Assembly (NCBI GenBank): GCA_963821375.1
Contig: CAWGDN010000001.1
Location: 136,580 to 200,579, forward strand
Direction of reading: 5' to 3'
Source: Vicinamibacterales bacterium
Lineage (GTDB): Bacteria > Acidobacteriota > Vicinamibacteria > Vicinamibacterales > JAMQPK01
Length of the DNA: 64,000 nucleotides
Part shown: piece after piece, positions 58,839 to 64,000 of the stretch
Numbering within the stretch: the stretch's first letter is position 1
Layout: each line of letters opens with the position of its first letter
The notes under the pieces: generated by a model
Told to the model about the DNA's origin: nothing
The model's database searches: none
The model's input: only the letters and a program-made list of their open reading frames with translations
Program-made: the position numbers and the translations under genes

Positions 58839-60137
58839 CTACTCAAGCAGTTCTCGACCTTTGGTCTCCGGTGCCCAAATCAGGGCCACCATCCCAACCA
58901 GGTACACAGAACTCATGACAAGTGCTGCGCTGCGAAACGACAGGAGCGTCGAGAGGTAACCGAGAAGTAACGGCGTAGGCGCAGCGAGATACCGGACGGT
59001 GTTATAGCAGAGCCCGACACCTGTCCCCCTCAGTCTGGTCGGAAACAACTCTGGAAAATAGATCGCATATCCGGCGAACACCGACAGTTGAGCAAAACCC
59101 ATGAGCGGCAGCATCCAGTAAGCGTGTGCGGCCGTCTGAAGTGAGGCAAACACAAAAATCGTCGCACACATGCTCAAAAGCAAACTACCCAGAAAAGCCA
59201 CTCGACGGCTGACGAACGCAGCCGCCATCGTGAAGGCCCACATGCCGGCGAAAGCGCCGACATCCTGCAGCGCCGTTCCCCAGGCTCGGACACGATCGAT
59301 GACGGCTTGCGATTCTCCGCTCAGCGCTGTTGAGATGAGTTCGGGAGAGAAGAAACCGATGCCCCACAACCCGGTCATTCCCGCAAAACCCAAAGCAAGA
59401 CCGACCAAGGCGTGCCGCCGCCAGCGTACGTCGCGACCGATTTCCATCAGAGATCCAGTACTTTGGGCCCCTGGACTAAGAAGCGCTCTTGCCCGAGCAT
59501 CAATCCACGCTTGCGGCTCCCTCAGCAGCATCACCATGGGCGCAATCAGCACAGCAGGCAATATTCCAACAAAAAACAACAGTCGCCATCCTGGATATCC
59601 CCACGCTTCAGCACCCGGCTGAATCCACAGACTGATCAGCGATCCGAGTATGTTCCCAAGTGCCGACAATGCTTGCAAGGCGCCCAACGCAATCACTCGA
59701 ATACTGCTCGGCACGCTCTCGGCCACCAGCGTCGTGGCGGCACCGAACATCCCCCCAATTCCGATTCCCGCGATGAATCTCATGAGCACGAACGTGCGCC
59801 AGGATTCTGCCAGGCCGCTGAGACCGGTAAATCCCGAGTAGACGATCAGCGTGAGTGCCATTGTCTTTACGCGCCCGATGCGGTCGCTCAAGATGCCAAA
59901 GATAATTCCTCCAGTAGCCCATCCGAGAATCATCGAGGTTGTGGCATAACCTCCAAATCTCGTCAGCTCCGCCGACAAGCCACCCTCGAGGCCGAGCAGG
60001 TCGCGCGTGGCCGCCTCGCGCGCAAGCACAAACAGCCGCTGATCCATGCAGTCAAACATCCAGCCGGCAGAGGCGATGAGCACGACCATCCAGTGGTACG
60101 CGGTCACGTGCTCGGCACGCACCGCCATTCGGTCCAT
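58839..60137 (-). CDS. MFS transporter (sialate/aromatic acid:H+ symporter-like)
   Basis: GWMFDCMD, GILSDRIGR, LVAES, YFPELFPTRLRGTG, PETKG. Confidence 0.88.
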   Translation of the reverse strand: MDRMAVRAEHVTAYHWMVVLIASAGWMFDCMDQRLFVLAREAATRDLLGLEGGLSAELTRFGGYATTSMILGWATGGIIFGILSDRIGRVKTMALTLIVYSGFTGLSGLAESWRTFVLMRFIAGIGIGGMFGAATTLVAESVPSSIRVIALGALQALSALGNILGSLISLWIQPGAEAWGYPGWRLLFFVGILPAVLIAPMVMLLREPQAWIDARARALLSPGAQSTGSLMEIGRDVRWRRHALVGLALGFAGMTGLWGIGFFSPELISTALSGESQAVIDRVRAWGTALQDVGAFAGMWAFTMAAAFVSRRVAFLGSLLLSMCATIFVFASLQTAAHAYWMLPLMGFAQLSVFAGYAIYFPELFPTRLRGTGVGLCYNTVRYLAAPTPLLLGYLSTLLSFRSAALVMSSVYLVGMVALIWAPETKGRELLE

Positions 60138-60197
60138 CGTTGTCGACGAACTGCTGAGTTGTCTCGTAGTGACGCGTAATGAAGCGGAGTATTCCAC

Positions 60198-61211
60198 TTA
60201 GCCGAGCAGGCAATCCTTGCAGTACTGAATCGACCGTGTGAGCTCCGCCAGTACGGTTGAGCCCTCCGGCACGGGGTACTCGTACTCAATGGTCGCGGTG
60301 ATGTTCCACCGACTGTCACGAATGAGCTGTAGGACCTCCCTGATAGGCGTGTCTCCCTGACCGAAAGGCACGTTGGGCCCGTTGTTCATCCGTCGATCCT
60401 TGACGTGCACGTGTGTGATGCGATCATGGATCGTCTTGATGAACTCGACAGGTGAGACATTGTTCGCCGCCACGAAGTGCCCGAGATCGATGTTCGCGGC
60501 GTTGTGCTTCGAGTACGACAGCGCTCTTTGAAAGACGCTGGGCGGCTGCCCGTGCCCGTGGTACGCCACCGGCAGTCGATGCGCCTCCGCGAACGCGCCG
60601 AGCAGCTTGGTGCCGATCACCGAGTAATCGAGCAGCTCGCAGGAGATGGCCCGCGCGCCGAGGTTTTTTGCCAGCTCGAAGAAGTAGTTCACTTCTTCAT
60701 CTGTCATCTCGAAGATCGCAGCGAACGGATCGACCCTGACGATGTCGATGGCCACGCCGGCGCCCTCGTACTTCTTCCGGAACTCCCGGACACGCGCCAT
60801 CGGCAGTGCGAGGCGCCAGTTGCGAAGTTCGCCGGCGGCGGCTGTCTGCGCGGCTCGCTGTTCTGCGGTTGGTGGCGGCGGCGCTGGACCAGCGCCGCGG
60901 GCTCCGGCCCCGCCGGCGCGTGGCACCGCGGCGGGATACGGCGCGGGCGAGCCCAGGAAATGCTCGACCGGTTGCGTACGCAGTTCGAGCGCGCTCAGCC
61001 CGAGCTGCTCGCACACGTTCAGGATAGCGTCGGCCGTGCCGGGCAGCTGTCCGCGAAAGCTATAGGGAACGTTCAACCCGATCTGGACTCCGGCGACTCT
61101 GGAGTTTGGTTTGGCCGCCTGACGCGCGAGGGCAGGCGACGGTTCGGCTAGCAGCGCGCCCGGGAGGCCCGCCAGCGCGATTCGTCCGAGGTCACGTCTC
61201 GTCCACAGCAT
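60198..61211 (-). CDS. Tat-exported sugar phosphate isomerase/epimerase-like TIM barrel
   Basis: AGGAGG RBS; TRRDL; YHGH, DLGHF, HVHVKD, FGQGDTPIREVL, IEYEY. Confidence 0.85.
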   Translation of the reverse strand: MLWTRRDLGRIALAGLPGALLAEPSPALARQAAKPNSRVAGVQIGLNVPYSFRGQLPGTADAILNVCEQLGLSALELRTQPVEHFLGSPAPYPAAVPRAGGAGARGAGPAPPPPTAEQRAAQTAAAGELRNWRLALPMARVREFRKKYEGAGVAIDIVRVDPFAAIFEMTDEEVNYFFELAKNLGARAISCELLDYSVIGTKLLGAFAEAHRLPVAYHGHGQPPSVFQRALSYSKHNAANIDLGHFVAANNVSPVEFIKTIHDRITHVHVKDRRMNNGPNVPFGQGDTPIREVLQLIRDSRWNITATIEYEYPVPEGSTVLAELTRSIQYCKDCLLG

Positions 61212-61300
61212 GGCGAACCTCCTGAGCGGAAGGGGAAGACACTTATTAGCACATCTTTGTCGAATGCGTGATGCCAATCTGCCTGGCTTCCGGGAAAGAA

Positions 61301-61672
61301 TCAACCACGATGAAGGGAACGACGGGTCACGTCAGCCATGACGAGCAGCCAGGCGGCGACGATCAGCAGTCCTGTCGCCTCGCGAGCTTCTTCAACGGCC
61401 ACCGATTTCATCTCCCACTCATCGAACATGTGCAGGTACAGCGCGTCGGCGCGCACGTCGATCATGATCGAAGCGCCCCAGATCAGCGCGATGACGGCAA
61501 CGGTCAGGACAGCCGCCGCGTGCGGCGGCTGCGAACGCGCGGTCATCGCCGTCAGCACGCACGCGACCGCGTAAATGGCCATCCAGCGAAGCGGGTCCGG
61601 ATCGTTCCACTGGACCACGGCTCCGAGTCCGAACAGGATCGCCATCACCGCGCTCAGTGCCCGGAACATCAC
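61301..61672 (-). CDS. Transmembrane 220 family protein
   Basis: VQWNDPD..W..IY and EEAREATGL motifs; four TM segments. Confidence 0.75.
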   Translation of the reverse strand: MMFRALSAVMAILFGLGAVVQWNDPDPLRWMAIYAVACVLTAMTARSQPPHAAAVLTVAVIALIWGASIMIDVRADALYLHMFDEWEMKSVAVEEAREATGLLIVAAWLLVMADVTRRSLHRG

Positions 61673-61682
61673 GGGGAGGGCG

Positions 61683-63729
61683 TCAGAAGGAGAACGTGAG
61701 TCCCGCTCTCAGGTTTCGCGGTGCTCCCGGATAGACGAATGGCACGACTCGGCCCCTGAAGTCCTCGAGCGTGAAGCCGAACTCCTCGTAGCGATCGTTC
61801 AGCAGGTTGAACGCATCCACGAACACCAGGGCGCGGCCGATGGATCGCCGGACGTGCGCGTCGAGCGTCACCGGGCCATTCGGTCGAGAACACGTTCTCA
61901 TCGTCCAGGAACGCGCCGGCCCAGTGTGAAAGGCGCGCGTGCGCGCCGAGCGCCCACAGCAGATCGAGATCAACAGCAAGGCTGACGCGATGCTGCGGCA
62001 CGTTTTTGAGCTGGAGCTCGCCGTCAGCGCGCGTCACGCGCGAGAGCGCGTATGACACCGATGGGCGCACCCGCCGCCATCCGGCCGCCGCCACGTCGAT
62101 CTCCGCGCCGACGTGGCGGCTGGGACCGATGTTCGCGTACGAAAACGTCCGTACGTCGAAATCGATTTCGTCCTCGACGGCCATGCGGTACGCGAGGGCA
62201 GTCCAGCGGACGGCCCCTCCTCCTGAGACTCCGACTTCGAGGTTCGCCGCCCGCATGGGCACGAGCGTCCGATTCGACAGGACAAAGGTCCCGCCGCGAA
62301 AGTCCGGAAAGGGTCGAGGGTCGAACAACTGGTCCAGCGTCGGCGCCTTGAATGCCTTGGACGCCTGGCCGAAGAGCGTCACGGTTCCGCTCTCGTTCAG
62401 CTGCACGGTGATGCCCGCACGCGGCGACCAGGCGCCGTTACTCGCCGAAGAATCGTTGGATGTGAAGCCCTCGTCTTCGACCGTGTCGCGGCGAACGGCG
62501 GCGGAGAGGCGCACGCGACGCGCGGGCTGCCACGCGCCCGAGACGAAGCCGCCCAACCGGATGCGATATCCATCCACGGCGGCGTCCGGCAGCTGCGACG
62601 CGCCGTTCTCCGCCACTCGGCTATACGACGTCTCCAGCCGTTCTCGCGTAATCTCGGCCCCGAACCGCACAGTCGTTGGCCGTGCGCCGTCGAACACGTG
62701 CTCGCCGTCGACGCTTCCGCCCAGCGTCAGCGCCGACACCGCACGCGCCTGACGGTCGCCGAGTTCCGGCACGAGCAGGATCGTCCGGATGGTGTCCTCT
62801 ACGCGATAGTTCACGTGGACACGAGCCACTGGACGACCGGGCAACGTCGAATGCCGCAGCGTGAAGGCCGTCGACAGAGCGCGCTGATCGAGAGAATCGA
62901 AACGGAACAGCGGATCCGAGCCTTGCGGCGCACGCGCAAACGCCTCGCGGCTGAGCGCGCCGGGCTCCTCGCGCTCCTGGTCGTGGCCGGATGCGCTGAA
63001 GCGCCATGTGAAGTCGCGGACCGCGCCTTCCGCGCTGCCCGCGCCGACGAGTTGATTCGCGGCGGAATGCGCGAACGCGCCATCGGTCCGCCGCGCCGCG
63101 CCGGAGAGTACGAATGTTGCGCCGGAAGCGCGATGTCCCCACGACCCGTCCCCGGCAACGGTGCCGAACGACCCTGCCGATACGCGCGCCTCTCCTCCGG
63201 GGCGAGCGGTGAATACTTGGATCATGCCGCCGATCGCGGAGTCGCCGTACTCTGATGCGCCGGGCCCACGGAGCGCTTCCAGCCGCCGCATCGATGAGGC
63301 CGGTACCAGGGACCACTCGACCAGTCCCGACTCGACGTGCCCGACGCGGACGCCGTCGACGAGCAGCCCGACGTATTCGGCTTCGCCACCGCCGAAGAAT
63401 CCTCGCGCCGAGACGATCGGTCGTCCTGCGGCAAACTGGGCTCGCGCGACGGCCACACCGGGAAGCGTCGAGATCACCTCGGAGAGGTCCTGTGCCGGGA
63501 TGCGCGTGAGGGCCGGCGCATCGATCGCCACGATTGCGGCAGGCACCAGCGTGCGCGGCGTTTCTCCGCGTTCTGGTGTCACCACGATTTCCATCGCAAA
63601 CCTGGCCGCAGGCTGGGGCGTCGGTTCGGCCGACTGCTCCTGGGCGTGTAAGGTCATCGTGCACGCCAGTGCCACGGCGATCGCGACGGCGACGACGCGT
63701 GGATAGGGAACCTTCAGATCGATGAGCAT
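61683..63729 (-). CDS. TonB-dependent receptor (compact BtuB/iron-receptor type), apparent frameshift near 61875
   Basis: IVVT TonB box, plug ARGF..LLVDG, EALRGPGASEYG, FKAPT; C-terminal NLLND..GAPRNLRAGLTFSF in the shifted frame. Confidence 0.85.
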
Positions 63730-63760
63730 GATGCAATTGCTATTATCACAACCCGCTTGG

Positions 63761-63777
63761 ATGTGGTATTACCACAT
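63761..63777. promoter_or_regulatory. Perfect 8-1-8 palindrome, candidate GntR/FadR operator
   Basis: ATGTGGTA-T-TACCACAT, containing TGGT-N3-ACCA, in a divergent intergenic region. Confidence 0.65.
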
Positions 63778-63816
63778 GCCATTCAGACCTGCGCTGTCCT
63801 GCTCGGGGAGGTGACC

Positions 63817-64000
63817 ATGTCTGCGCTCGCGCATCGTGCCGCCATTCTCGTCGTCTGTGCCGCAACCTTCACTATGATCGCGGCGCAGGTCAATAACAGT
63901 CCATGGCCTCCAGGCGTGCAGAAGGTCTCCGAATCGTCGCCGCCGCTGCCACCCGACCAGGCCATGAAGACGTTCTACATGCCACCGGGATATCGCCTGG
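63817..64000 (+). CDS. Partial secreted protein, PVC-type membrane-bound dehydrogenase/heme protein N-terminus
   Basis: GGAGGT RBS; MSALAHRAAILVVC...SPPLPPDQAMKTFYMPPGYRL, open to the window edge. Confidence 0.65.
   Translation, partial: MSALAHRAAILVVCAATFTMIAAQVNNSPWPPGVQKVSESSPPLPPDQAMKTFYMPPGYRL

Noticed and set aside
38390-61900. Programmed ribosomal frameshifting at the split genes
   Set aside because: No shared slippery motif or stimulatory structure; intact paralogs (49959, 60198, 17408) show the unshifted form.
1-64000. Many long antisense and alternate-frame ORFs (e.g. 7763-9160, 19035-20492, 26569-27864, 50502-51749)
   Set aside because: Shadow ORFs expected in high-GC coding DNA; Arg/Pro-rich, motif-free and overlapping well-supported genes.
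1-64000. CRISPR arrays, tRNA/rRNA, IS elements, prophage or defence genes
   Set aside because: No regularly spaced repeats, RNA gene signatures, transposase, integrase or nuclease motifs were seen.

Overview
High-GC bacterial DNA, almost fully coding, with no rRNA, tRNA, CRISPR array or IS element detected. The gene content (CarboxypepD_reg TonB-dependent receptors, acidobacterial-type VWA protein, many PQQ-type propellers, DUF6152-like and DUF1080-like proteins) suggests Acidobacteriota, probably Vicinamibacterales; this is inference. The window is an accessory catabolic region in two parts. (1) 0.3-10 kb: a TetR-linked aromatic-acid CoA module (aryl-acid ligase, hydratase, SDR, CouO-like hydrolase), an MFS, a Tat amidohydrolase and a CocE esterase. 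(2) 10-61 kb: xylA, xylB and a LacI regulator embedded among three large TonB receptors, five PQQ-type dehydrogenases, two di-heme cytochromes, three NHL propellers, Tat amidohydrolases, TIM-barrel sugar lyase/isomerases, DUF1080 proteins and a Gfo/Idh/MocA enzyme, with no recognisable glycoside hydrolase. The main new signal is a 14-bp LacI-type palindrome (TGGAACCGGTTCCA) at seven promoter positions across about 41 kb, suggesting one regulon for periplasmic oxidative glycoside breakdown feeding xylose catabolism. Other signals: three local duplications, a xylB with no canonical start codon, N-terminal His-His exported proteins and pervasive GRG tracts. About 12 single-base frameshifts look like long-read consensus errors. 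All family assignments come from motif recognition, not database searches.
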